Of a stretch of 64,000 bases of DNA, positions 28,391 to 41,028 are shown in pieces (within the stretch, counting starts at the first letter, position 1; each line of letters starts with the position of its first letter). The notes beneath the pieces were generated by a model. That model did no database searches and was not told the DNA's origin. It saw nothing but the letters and a program-made list of their open reading frames with translations. The stretch comes from the human T2T-CHM13v2.0 reference genome, Homo sapiens. A program made the position numbers and the translations under genes. The stretch lies in assembly GCF_009914755.1 (NCBI RefSeq), contig NC_060940.1; one strand, given 5' to 3'.

Positions 28391-29904
28391 TGGCCCATCT
28401 TTTTACCATGTTTAGTATCAATGTTCATACTTTGCAGATTTTGCTTTCAAACTCTCTAGCTGCGGTTTGAGTGATTAATTTCAGGATCCATCCTATTTCT
28501 TAGAGGAAGCCACTCTGATCTACCCTGTCGTCTCTTTATATTCAAGATATCCTTTATAGAGCTCTCAAATTACTTTTGGGAAGAAGGAGCTATTTAATAA
28601 AATACAACTTAAGTGAAAACACATTCCATATAGAAGTATATTAAGAACCTATATGTAATTACTATGACTACTAATTATTTCATGGGAAAATGCCCTCCTG
28701 CTGAGATGTTTTAGATGCTCCAAAGTTAGAAGAGAAAAAATGAAAACAATTAAAACAGGATAACATGGACAGTACAGAAGTAAACCACTGTCTTAAAAGG
28801 CCAATCCATTTGGCATAATTAAAAAAAGAGGGAGGAGATGGAGGCACATCAGCCCCCATTCATATTTAAATAAAGAAAACGGGGCAGTGGGGCTTGTTCC
28901 TATGTTGTGGAACAGCACACAGATGTGATCTACCTCATTCACATCCTTATGTGAATTATACACTGGTGCCCTCACCTCTTAAGACAAGCACCTATCGTTT
29001 TCCTGTGTATTCCAAGAGGCCAGTGTGGCTGGTGGAATAAGATGTTTTCCTGTTTTCAAGATGCAGTGGACTCTCTTTTATTTAGCAGCAGTGTCTATGT
29101 GTTAGGAATCCATGTGAGTTCTCTAAGTCTGGGACAACGATAGGTGTGTCTGAGTCCTGCATTACCATGGTTTATTCTTTCCTTTACCCAGTATCTATTG
29201 GAGTTGGGCTTCTGTTGCTTTATTTCTCGGGGTCTGGCATATCCCACTCCCTGTCTTGAGATCTCAGGACCTCTGAGGGGCATTGCATGTAAAGAACAAG
29301 AGCTTATTAGGTATCAAAACATACTTCATGAACAGCTACAGCAAGACCTCGACATTCCAGTGTAGAGCTCTTGAAAGACCCCAGTGGGGCTCTGAGTTCC
29401 TCCTTCTTCTGTTTCTATTAGATTTCTAAATTTTAGTTTCTAAATTTTAGATCCCCGGAACTTGGGATCTAAAACTCTGGTCCTGTGGAAGAAGGAGGTA
29501 GGGTAGAGTGGGAGCAGATGGACCTGATGTCATCCATCTCCCTACGTTGTTTGCAGGAGGAAAAGGGATGAGGCTGAGGCTGGGAGGCAGGGGCGGTGGA
29601 TTGAGAGAGAGGAGAGGGATTGTTATGAGTAACCAATGTTCCTCATGCCTGCCAGGCCCTCACTAGATCTGTTTAACAGAGAGTGCAGAAGAGCTTCTGT
29701 TGGGGACTGGCCATTAGTATAGCGAGGGGCCCAATAAGTGTTGTGAAACATCAGCATCTGCTGGACATTGAGATGGCCACAGGTTGGTCAGAGAGGGCTG
29801 GTATGGGAAGAGGGGCAGGTGGCTCTCCCTTAGAGTTACTATTTGACTCACCCCTGACTTCCCAGAATGTGTCTTGAGTCTATTCCCCTCTCATATGGGA
29901 GGGG

Positions 29905-29996
29905 TGACCCAAGTATGTTTGTGGCAACCAAAATGTCTCCAGGCATTGCCAGATGTCTCTTGGGGGTGCAAATCGTCCCCAGTTCATAACCACGGC
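29905..29996. mobile_element. MER20 fragment
   Basis: gcaaccaaaatgtctccaggcattgccagatgtctcttgggggtgcaaatcgtccccagttcataaccac. Confidence 0.7.
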
Positions 29997-30009
29997 TATA
30001 AAACATGCT

Positions 30010-30225
30010 GTATTATAGTGGCAAAGATTAGAATCAGATACATCTTATGACCTTGGGCAAGTTTCTTAACTTCTTTAAACCTCAGTTTCTTCATCTGTAA
30101 AATGCACATCATAATATCTCTATTCAGAGATACAGGTGGTTCTATTAAACACATCAACTCTGTGTATATAAAGTCTTAACCCATTGTGGAATAAATTAAG
30201 TGCTCAATTAAATGTTAGCTGCTGC
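30010..30225 (+). mobile_element. MIR
   Basis: tgaccttgggcaagtttcttaac...cctcagtttcttcatctgtaaaatg. Confidence 0.8.
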
Positions 30226-31734
30226 TATTAATAACAACAATAATAATATTTTCTTCACGCATGAAAGTGCAAAGTGATGCTTACTTTTCTTAACCTCTCC
30301 AACTGGCTGAAAGAGGAGCTCTAGGGCAGATGTTTATCAGCCTGATTTCAGTGGAGTTGCAATGAATTCTTTTTCTGTCTTCATATGTCTGGACTCCTAC
30401 ATTTTAATGGATGTGTATTTAGTTTGTTGATTAGTATTTTCCAGTGTAGCTCATATTAGCACTCAACTGTCATTTGAAAAGCCATCTTAACTATTTATGT
30501 GATTGCTTTTTCTTTTGTATTTACAAAGAAATACACTCTGCATATATTTTGGAAAGATGATTAAGGGATTAGTCATCAGGAACAGCAAGCAATGGTTTAT
30601 ATCAAAATGATTATTGAGAAAGCAGAGAGATGAGGGGTAAAAATAAAAGATTTATTAGCCAGAGGTAATGGAATGTGCATGTTTTAGGGAGAGAGCGCAT
30701 GCTCAGTTGATTGCAACCACACGGTTTGCTGCTGAAGTGCTGTAATGATTCAGGTTTTCAATAGAGTTGATATCGGGTCTATTTATTTTGTGGGAGTGAA
30801 GGGATAGGGATAGTACTGACAGCATTATGTGATTGCAGCCTCATTGATAAGCATCGGAAATAATGACTTTAACATTATTTTCAGATAGGGAGCACTCAGT
30901 ACCAACCATTATATTAGGCTCATGGGCTCAACATTTTGCTGTGCTTTTCATAGATACTGACACCTGTGTTTTCATTTTGTTGTTGTTGTTGTTTTCCCTG
31001 CCGGGAAACTGCCGCATCCTGTGTTTTCATGGCATGATATTAAGGAACGATGGGTAGGATGCTGAGGAGTAAATTGCTCGCACTTTTAAAGACTTCTGCA
31101 AAACTCCACCTACTTTTAGGCTCCTTAAAATTCAGTGACTTTATGAGCTGGTATAGCTTCACTGTTTGTGGGAATTCCATGCAATCTCCTTTGACACTAA
31201 AAGCTTAAGTCCCATGATTTGCCTTTGTGGATGGAAGGCCTTGGCCTTCTTTTATGATATATGTGTTGGGGGGAGGCATGTGGTATGTGGGGCGGGTAAA
31301 ATACGAGCCTCATGCCTGTCTAAGCTGGTGACTTGGCTTGGAAAAGATGATCATTCGTCAACGCATCACAAGTCACAGGGCTTATCTCCATTGTTCTGAA
31401 CGATCTGTAGCTAAACAAAAAGATAAAAGCTATTAATATTATTAATAGTTGTAGATTACCGGGAAGAGCGCATCCTAAATCAGCCATTAGATTTGTTCCT
31501 CATTTCTTTGCTTTACAAATTGTTTTTCTGTATAGTATTGGATTTTCAATAAATAAAGGATGATATAAACAAGTCTGCAAACCAGCAAGAACTATATAAG
31601 CCACTTGCTCAAGTCAATAAGCGCATGCTCACAAAGGAACGTAAAGTTCTGAAGTTCTTCTTTGGGGCGTTTGCAAAATGTCCTATTATTGTCACCTGCA
31701 GGTGGGGGGTTGGATATTCCTATTTGTCTTTGTA

Positions 31735-31920
31735 CTAGGTACTGTGCTTAGCATTTAACAGTAAAGTATTTATATTATGTGTGAAACCCATTGTGCAGAT
31801 GAGGCAGTTTAGAGGCTGGAAGAGGCATAGACTTTCCCAGGCTCACACAGCTGGGAGATAACGGGGTGGATCCAAGATTTGCAGCTGGTGTGTGGGTGAT
31901 GCCGGAAGATTGGCCTTTTT
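31735..31920 (-). mobile_element. MIR
   Basis: ggtactgtgcttagcattta...gcagatgagg...cccaggctcacacagct. Confidence 0.6.
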
Positions 31921-33088
31921 CAAGGACTTAGACAAGTATTGTACTCATACATTATTTGCATTTATTTGTATGAATACTTCTGGGTTCCTAATATGAGGGT
32001 ACCTAAAAAGTACATCCGCTGCGCTTCTTGTAATCTGAGGGAGTTGATGAACATGGGCCAAGGAAGCTCTTTCCTTCGCCTTCCGTTCCAGACTTCCTTT
32101 TCGAGTAGTATATCGTGTATTTACTGTTCTACTTCAGTTGCCTATTTGACCTTTCTTGTCACAGGCTCAGGGAAGATTCTTTATCAGATAATAAATTATT
32201 CATCCCCCTCATAGACATAATCGGTTGCTAAAATATTCTGAGTTTCCTGTCTCCAGAATACCTAAAACTTGTGCTTGGTACTTATCCTCTAAGTTTTCCG
32301 TTTCATTTCTCATTCTGAAAATTTTGCACCGACTTAGTCTTGAATGTTATTCATTGTTCTTTGATCATTGTCTTTGTGTCTTCTCCTTTTTTTTTTTTTT
32401 CCTGGCCACCGCTCGCAGTCTTGAACCGAATCTTTCAAACTTTATATCCATGTAACCTTTGTATAATGAGGGCTGTGATTAACTGCAGAGTTTTAAAGAG
32501 TGAAAGTCAAGCATAGGTGGCTGGCTCTGAACCATCACTCCCAATAATGTGAAACCCAAAGCAGATGCATCCTTTCATTAATGTGGGGTCCCCTGAGTTC
32601 TTATTAAGCAATTTTGACATAGTTTGAAGAGACGGATTTCATGTTCAGACAGTGTTCAGCCGCCAATGGCTGAAAGGCCTGCTTTTGGCCACTTGGCATT
32701 TAGACTCCATTATTTAAGAGGGGAAAAATATGCCTGAGACTGTTTTTCATATTTATTGTGGGACATTTAGAGAATCTCAGACTAGCAGGTGTTAGATTAA
32801 ACAGAGGAGAAACGGTCCTTGTGGTGATAAAACTTCCCTACGCAAGGACAAGTAGAGAAACAACTGTAGATGAAGCAGCCAGTCTCAGGCTGGGGCAGCA
32901 CGCCCTGCGATAGGTTAAGGTTTATTTTAGACAAATATTTAAAATGCAGCTAATTTTTACATATGCAGACGCAACCCAGTGGAATAGAGGTAGCCCCAGC
33001 TTTGGAGTCATACAGATCTGGGGTTAAATCCCAGTGTGAATACTAACTCACTCGGTGTCCCTGGGCAAATCTGGTCATCTCTCTCTCT

Positions 33089-33393
33089 CTTTTCTTTTTT
33101 TGAGATAGGGTATTGCTCTGTCACCCAGGCTGGTGTTCAGTGGCACAATGATGGTTCACTGCAACCTTGACCTCCTGGGCTCAAGTGATCCTCCCATCTC
33201 TGCCTCCTGAGTAGCTGGGACTACAGGCTTATGCCACCACACCTGGCTAATTTTTTTTTTTTTTTTTTTTTAATGTAGAGGAAGGGCTTCACCACGTTGC
33301 CCAGGCTAGTCTCGAATTCCTCTGCTCAGGCGATCCTCCTGCCTGGGTCTCCCAAAGTGCTGGGATTACAGGCATGGGCCATCGTGCCTGGCC
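33089..33393 (-). mobile_element. AluJ inserted in a MIR (about 32975-33480)
   Basis: gagatagggt...gacctcctgggctcaagtgatcc; TSD gtcatctct. Confidence 0.9.
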
Positions 33394-33562
33394 TTAGTCA
33401 TCTCTTTGAACCTTGGCTGATTTACCTGCAGATGCTAATATGACTCTCAGATTCTGGCACATAGTAAAGATTCAGTAAATGGTCGTTGCAGGGAAAGCTA
33501 ACTTGTCCAATGCAGATCTGTAAAATATACTCATAAATCTTGTTGGAGCAATATTTCTTCTT

Positions 33563-34296
33563 TGTCTTACTTCGGGCTAATAACAAAAATATCATACAAT
33601 GAGTGGCTTAAATATTTATTCTTACAGTTCTAGAGGCTGGAAGTCCGAGACGAGGGTGCCAACCTTGTTGAGTTCTTAGTGAGGTCCCTCTTTCTGGTTT
33701 TTAAGTAGCCTGTTTCTTGCTGTGTCCTCATATGGTGGAGAGCTGAGAGGAATTGAGAGAGAGAGAGAGAGAGGTCGCACTGTCTCATGTGTCTTGTAAG
33801 GGCACTAATCCCTTCATGAGGATTCCACTCTCATCTAATCACCTCTGAAAGGCCCTGTCTCCAACTACCATCACATGGGCAATTAGGGTTTCACCATAAT
33901 AATTTTGGAGGGACACTGTATTAGTCCATTTTCATGCTTCTAATAAAGACACACCCACGACTGGGAAGAAAAAGAGGTTTAACTGGACTTACAGTTCCAC
34001 ATGGCTGGGGAGGCTTCAGAATCATGGTAGGAGGCGAAAGGCACTTCTTATATGGTGTCAGCAAGAGAAAAATGAGGAAGAAGCAAAAGCAGAAACTGCC
34101 TGATAAACCCATCAGATCTCTTGAGACTTATTCACTATCATGAGAATAGCATGGGAAAGACCGGCCCCCATGATTCAATTACCTCCCCCCGGGTCCCTCC
34201 CACAACATGTGGGAATCCTGGGAGATATAATTCAAGTTGAGATTTCGGTGGGGCGCAGCCAAACCATATCAGACACAAACATTCAATTCACAGCAT
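33563..34296 (-). mobile_element. MLT1A-type MaLR LTR interrupted by THE1A
   Basis: acagttctagaggctggaagtccgaga...taagggcactaatccc...gggacac | aaacattcaattcacagca. Confidence 0.8.
33917..34271 (-). mobile_element. THE1A solo LTR
   Basis: tgtattagtcc...gggaagaaaaagaggtttaa...gaaaggcacttctta...ccaaaccatatca; perfect 5-bp TSD GACAC. Confidence 0.9.
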
Positions 34297-34402
34297 TCTA
34301 CCCCAGCCTTCCAAAATTCATGTTCTTCTGACATGCTAAATACATTTATTACATCCAAATATCCCCAAAATCTTAACTCATTCCGGCATCAGCTGTAAAG
34401 TC
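34297..34402 (-). mobile_element. MaLR internal (MLT1-int) 3' stub with polypurine tract
   Basis: ttctaccccagcc..ccaaaattcatgttcttctgacatgc..aaatacatt...tcttaactcattcc.gcatca abuts the LTR end. Confidence 0.65.
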
Positions 34403-34501
34403 TATGTCTTTTTAATTTTTTTAAATGATCAAAGCACTGGGAAGTAGCCACTTCTTTCCTCAGCTTCCCACCAATGTGTCAATTAATAATCTGACTAAGG
34501 T

Positions 34502-34918
<417 letters not shown>

Positions 34919-35121
34919 CTATCATGTGTTCAGTGTCAGTGCCCTGGTATGGAGCTAGCTGGCCTTCCACAGGGTCTGGAGTTAATGCTGGAGAGAAGTA
35001 GGGGTGGCAGAGCCTACCCTGTGTTCCTAGGGGGGTTCATCTGGAGCTAGTCCCTGACCCTTAGGTGGAAGATGCAGCTATGCCCAAGGTTCTGAAGACC
35101 CTGTAAAAGGAAGCCTTAGAA

Positions 35122-35628
35122 GTGGCTGCAATTGTTTTAAAGTCTGTCCACAAATTCTTTGATAATTCTCCTTTCAAGAAGTAGAGGCCAGTTCTCCTCT
35201 CTTGGAATATGGGCTGTACTTAGTGACTCACTCTCCATGAATAGAATTTGGCAGAAATGGCCGGGTATGACTCCTGAGGTAGGACCTAAAGGCTTCGTGG
35301 CTTCTTCTTGCTCACTCTCTTGGATCACTCACCAGCCACCATGTTGTGAGGAAACTCAAGCAGACCTGAGGTGAGGCCCATGCAACAAGGAATTGAGGCC
35401 ACCAGCCATGTATATGATCCCCCTTGGAATCCTCCAGCCCAGTCAAGCCTTCAGATGACTGAGGCCCTGGCTGATTCATGTCATGAGAGATCCTGAGTCA
35501 GAACCACCCAGCAGCTAAGCCACTTCTGAATCCTTGACCCACAAAATATGGTAAGATACCAAATGGTTACTGTTTTAAGCCACTATGCTCTGGGGGAATT
35601 TGTGATGTAGCGGTAGATAACTATCACA
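35122..35628 (+). mobile_element. MLT1F/G-type MaLR LTR
   Basis: gtccacaaattctttga...cttagtgactcac...cccagtcaagccttcagatgact...tgttttaagccacta...gtagataacta. Confidence 0.8.
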
Positions 35629-36738
35629 GGATCCATGGCCTCAAGGGGAGAAGGATCCTTAAGAGAGACTGGACAGTGAGTTCTAAGGATAAGACATGTA
35701 TACTTACCCAGGAAGCTCCACTGTGTGCAAGGAATCCTAAGTTCCCGGGGTTGCATCCATCTCCCAGGTCACCTTGTTTGACCTCTCTCCAACACTTTTA
35801 AAACATACCTGATCAGGAATCACCCCGCTTTGGCATAAGTTCCTCTCTCCCCATGCTGCCCATCCCATTTCTGCACACCTCTTAATTAGTAAGTTCTCCC
35901 TCATATTGAAGGCAGAATCTTCCTCTGAGCGTCTTCTATGCACCGGCCCTGGTCCTGCCCTCCGAGTTCCACTGGCTGCATTCTCATCAGAACCCAGCTA
36001 AAACTCACGTCTCTCAAATTCCCTAAATAATAAATCCAAAGTTATTGAAGATATTGGGTTACTAAAAGTTGGCAGTGAGACTGGCCCCACTCATTTCTTT
36101 GTAACCCCTGTCCCTCTTTTTATTATTGAAGCTTGGGATGCACTTGGTAAGGCTAGGCAGCTGGAGAGCGTGCAGACTCAGGAGCCAAGACCTGCCTTGC
36201 CTTCCCTGGAGTTAATGAATCAGTGTGAATGAAGAGCACAGTCTTCTTTTAAATGACAGGGGAACCGTGCACTTATTTACCGGCAATTCTCAGATTCTAA
36301 TTGTTCCGACTACAATGCGTCCTGTAAACCGGGTAGCTGGGAGAAACTTCAATGCATCTTTGTAATGGCTTTGTTGTTGTTTATTGAGAGGGACTAATTA
36401 ACTTTGATTATTGCACTAATATTATGGCACTTTGACAGCCCTTCAGATTTATGACTCTGGGAAAATAAACAAATGAAATGCAGGTGCTGGAGCAGAAAGA
36501 ATAAGTTATTACTGAACTTTAATTACTTGGAATGCGTAGCCAGGAGAGAATTAGTTGATGAATTACAGGATGCTTAAAATCTACATCAAATTGCAAGCAA
36601 TAAGAAGATAAAAATAAAAAGGAAGGGGCAGGAAGGGTGCTATTTTTAAGGCAGGGAAGGATAGGATGCATTTGCAGTGGTCTCCGTGGTGTTTCATTGA
36701 TTAAACTTTGTGGTCTCTAATGCTGCAGATATGTACAT

Positions 36739-36923
36739 GGTGCTACTCAAAGCATGGTCCCTGACCTGCAGCATCAGTGTCACTTGAGAGCTTGTTGGAA
36801 ATGCAAATTCTTGGGCCCCACCCCAGACCTACTAGGTAAGAATCTCTGGAGGTAGGGCCCAGCCATCTGTGGTTTGCAGTTACTCCAGGAGATTTTGATA
36901 TCTGCAGAAGTTGAGAAGCATGG
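36739..36923. mobile_element. MER5A DNA transposon
   Basis: gcagcatcagtgtcacttgagagcttgttggaaatgcaaattcttgggccccaccccagacctact. Confidence 0.85.
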
Positions 36924-37094
36924 CTCAACAGTTCTCATGCAGCTTGCTTTTTCTTTTATAAAAGGGCGGGTACACATTTTTATCTTTGCTTATGAAAATC
37001 AAATGTTTTCCCAACCCAGTTTACCAAGTAGCTCCCAAATTTTCAAGCTATTTTAAAAATTGGCTGAAATTTAAAAATTTTGGGCAATTTTAAT

Positions 37095-37660
37095 TTATCC
37101 AACATCTATTACGTGCTAGGTGGTAGAGTGGGTGACACAAGATAGTCTAGAAGGATTTTGCTAATGAGGTGATACCCCTAAACTGTCATCGATGCCAGCG
37201 CCTGGGTAGTGTGGTAAGAGTGATACTCCCATGACTCATGAAAGATGGTCTCCCCACGTGCTTTAAAGCAGGATGGTTGCAGGAGAAAGTATTGGTGGAC
37301 TGTGAACAGCCCCCATGGCAAGGGTGCATCTGGAGCTGGAGGAAGAGCATCCACAGAGTGTAAGTAGTTTGTCCTGGGAATGGAGATGTCAGGCTTGGGT
37401 GTGGTGTCGGGGAGAGGGCAGGCAGCTCCTCTATGAGGCCAGATCATTCGGGGCCTTGGATTCCAGTCTTAGGAGAATAGACTTTATTCTCTAGGTCCTG
37501 GCAGCCATCACTGGCTGAGTCTGAGTGGTGGTGATACAGTCCATACTCAGTGACTGAGATAGACAGACATTTGGGCTGAATTAGCGAGGGGAGTGCGGGG
37601 TCTGGAGACTCTGTTGGCCTGTTGGCCATGGTCCTGGGCGCAAAGAGCAGAAAAGGACGA
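37095..37660 (-). mobile_element. L2 fragment (degenerate)
   Basis: atttatccaacatct...ggccagatcattcggggccttg...gactttattct...gcagccat. Confidence 0.5.
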
Positions 37661-38372
37661 GACGGGGACTAAACAGACTTGCTTAGTTCCTGACATTCAA
37701 GGAAGAACTTTAACGTCCATCCACGGAGCCTCAAAGGCTAAAAATAATCATCCCTTTCAATAGTTCCTGTTGTGAGGACCATTAACAAATTATAAGAGAA
37801 AGCATTCCTCACTTGTAGAAACTCCATGAAAACAGACATGTGTTTACTTATCTGCAACCCTGTGTTAGGAGGAGGGTGATGAGACACTTTACTGTTTGAA
37901 TCAGGAAGTGCTGACAGTGAAGGGAGGAGCTCTTCATAATTATACCCGGAGAGCAGGCAAGACAGCCACATGCAAGTGGCCTGGCCTGGCTGGGTTTGGT
38001 ACAGAGGGGATTAGGGCAGATTCAAACCTCACTGGTCCCCCGTCCCAGCACTTCTGTGCTGTCTGCAGTTACTAAGCACTTTTCCTGTTTAAGTTGTTGC
38101 TGTTTTCATTCCCGCAAAAGCTCAGCCAGCCTCTAGCCCAAAATTGTCTCTGTTTATTGGACAGTTGGAAATGTCACTGTGGCCCCACAGACCTTGTTGT
38201 CAAGCAGGCTGCTACGCTTTTATTCTAGAGCGTCTTTCATCTGATTTCCTCCACCATCTGGAACCTTCTGGATTCTTCCTCTTATGGGTAGTGATGGGCA
38301 CTTTAGGAGTAGGAATACATGTCAGTGCTAGACCACATCCTTTCATACCCGGAATTCGCATAGTGACATTTA

Positions 38373-38685
<313 letters not shown>

Positions 38686-39169
38686 TCATTTTAGAATTGC
38701 TTTCTCTTCGGGATGGTTTACCTCGTGTTTAGTCTGTAAACGCGGATAACCGAGAGCTGGTCAAATGTTTACATGGGGCTGTGGACCATTTTGTATCATT
38801 GGAGGAGAAGCCAGGGCACTTGGCAGGGGTGTTCATGATGATAATCAGGTGGCTGGGTGGAGTCACCATTTGTGGCATCCTCAAAGACTTGCCAACATAG
38901 ACATTTTTGGGGAGACAGAAACACAGAAATAATTCTGCAGTGCTTTAAAGAATCTGTTAAAAATCAAGTTTCTTTCAGTCATGTATGATCCATTGGGCTT
39001 TATATAACTTTTAGCCTTTGCTTTGCAGGGACAGCAAAGATGTGAGCAAATTTGTGCAAACCTAATAGGGTGAAAAATTGAGGTATGAATTAGTAAAGTC
39101 ATTTGTCCTTCTGGAAAGAGTTATGGATTAACAGATTACATTTGGGTATATTGTGGTTGTGAAAAGGTA

Positions 39170-39710
39170 ACATTCTCAGATTGGAAAGGACTTTCTGAGA
39201 TCATCCAACTTAACTTTCCCCACTTGACAGACAAGAAAACTGAGGCCCACAGAAGGTAACTTAGGCAATTAATTAATTATAGTTAATAATTAATTCTGCC
39301 TGCAGAACAGGAATATGGCCCCCAACGCTTCATGCTTAATTGGATGGCTTATTAAATTCTTATTTTTATGGTAGTGATGATGATGATAATAATAATAATA
39401 ACAGTAGTAGCTAGCATTGTTTTCCAGTGCTAAGCACTTTAAATGCATTAATTCAGTTCATCTTTATGACAACACTATGAGATAGCTAATATTATGAATC
39501 CTATTTTCAGATGAAAGACTGAGTCTTAGGGAACAAACAGCCGAGAGATGAAATGCCACAGGGATGTCTAGGTTCAAACAGCAACAGAGGTGCGTACCAT
39601 AGGGATGTGGAAGCCTTGCTTGTCTTGTTCCTCTTGGTATAACCCCAGTGAGTAGCATAGTGCCTGGTCAATTGGAGGGATTTGGTAAATATTTACTGAG
39701 TGAGTGAGAG
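39170..39710. mobile_element. Cluster of MIR fragments and an L2 end
   Basis: gacagacaagaaaactgaggcccacaga; cctattttcagatgaaagactgag; gcatagtgcctgg...taaatatttactgagtgagtga. Confidence 0.6.
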
Positions 39711-40131
39711 GGTAAAACAGCTGAGCCATGGGAGTTATAACTTGGGCAGCAGTAATCCTGCCATTGTAGGAGGGGACAGATCGGCTGGTTGGTTTTTGGA
39801 AAGCAGACCAGCAGAAGTTGCAAATAACTTGTTGTGTTTTCCTAAGTACTGAGCTGTGTGAATTGGTTTCATGTTGATGTTACTGAAGTCTCCCCAATTC
39901 ATCATCTACCTTGTAGCTTGTTGAAGAAAGAGTCCTTATTTACAGTCTATTATGTTAAACGTATTTTATTCCAGTTCTTTGAAAATGACCCATCCTGATT
40001 TGGAAAATCTCTAACTTGCCTGGTCATTCTGGAGCAGTGGGAGCCGACTGTGATGCAGAGTGGACTCATAATCCAGCTTGATTTTGAGGGACAGAAACCT
40101 GGGCCTTTAGGTAGAATGAACAGCTTAAAAG

Positions 40132-40655
40132 GCTGCACCTGAGAGTAGGGGGCATATGGGTAAATCCAGCTGTACCCAAGAGTTGGGGGCATATGTTAGC
40201 CCTACTGGGTAAATCCAGCTGCACCCAAGAGTAGGGGGTATATGTTAGGGCTAGTGCGTAAACCCAGCTGCACCCGAGATATGGGGTATACATGAGTGCT
40301 ATTGGGCAAATCCAGCTGCACAGGAGAGTAAGGGGCATATGTTAGGGCTAGTGGGTAAACCCAGCTGCACCTGAGAGTAGGGGTATATGTTAGGTCTTGT
40401 GGGTAAATCCAGTTGCACCTGGCAGTTGGGGCATATGTTAGGGCTAGTGGGTAAACCCAGCCGCACCCGAGAGTTGTGGGTATATGTTAGGGCCAGTGGG
40501 TAAATCCAGCTCCATCTGAGATATGGGGTATACATGAATACTAGTGGGTAAATCCAGCTGTACACGAGAGTAGGGGGCATATGTTAGGGCTAGCAGGTAA
40601 ACCCAGCTGCACCCCAGAGCAGGTGTATACATGAGTGCTAGTGGGTAAATCCAGC
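40132..40655. repeat. Minisatellite, 48-49 bp unit, about 11 copies
   Basis: Unit starts at 40158, 40207, 40256, 40304, 40353, 40401, 40449, 40498, 40546, 40595, 40643; consensus GGGTAAAYCCAGCTGCACCYGAGAGTAGGGGGYATATGTTAGGGCTAGT. Confidence 0.95.
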
Positions 40656-40899
40656 AGACGTCCGGACTGTGCTTGAGGGTGTCATCGAGAGAGAGAAGGT
40701 TGATCCGAAGTTAGTAAAGGCTTTAAAAATTAAAAGGCCTGAGATGATGGTAGGGTTTTGGAGGTAAGTATAAAAACCTTCTTGTTTTCTACTACTTAAA
40801 GCTGAAAACCCAGCTTGGGTTGGCTTTGCTTCTAATATCCTTCTTCCTTTTTGTTTCATAAGTAATTGTCCTGAAGCCTGTCGAGATAAATGTATACTG

Positions 40900-41028
40900 A
40901 AAGAGAAAGACACAGAGGAGAGACAGGCATACAGAGAAAGAGAGACACGCAGACACACGAAGGGGAGGTGGAGACACGGAGGAGGGACAGAAAGACAGAG
41001 AGAGACAGAAGGAGAGAGAGAGAGAGAA
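40900..41028. repeat. GA-rich low-complexity tract
   Basis: gagaaagacacagaggagagac...gagagagagagaga. Confidence 0.85.

Noticed and set aside
27798-28459. Overlapping 96-aa and 168-aa ORFs
   Set aside because: No recognisable domain, they partly run through a MIR and a T-run, and the 168-aa ORF has no true ATG start.
29423-29450. 14-bp tandem duplication tttctaaattttag (similar small duplications near 3345 and 63495)
   Set aside because: Ordinary slippage duplications with no insertion hallmark.
40132-40655. CRISPR-like array (constant GGGTAAAYCCAGC plus variable segments) and the repetitive ORFs over it
   Set aside because: The intervening segments are homologous to one another rather than unique spacers, there are no cas genes, and the context is a eukaryotic intron. 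The ORFs are by-products of the tandem repeat.
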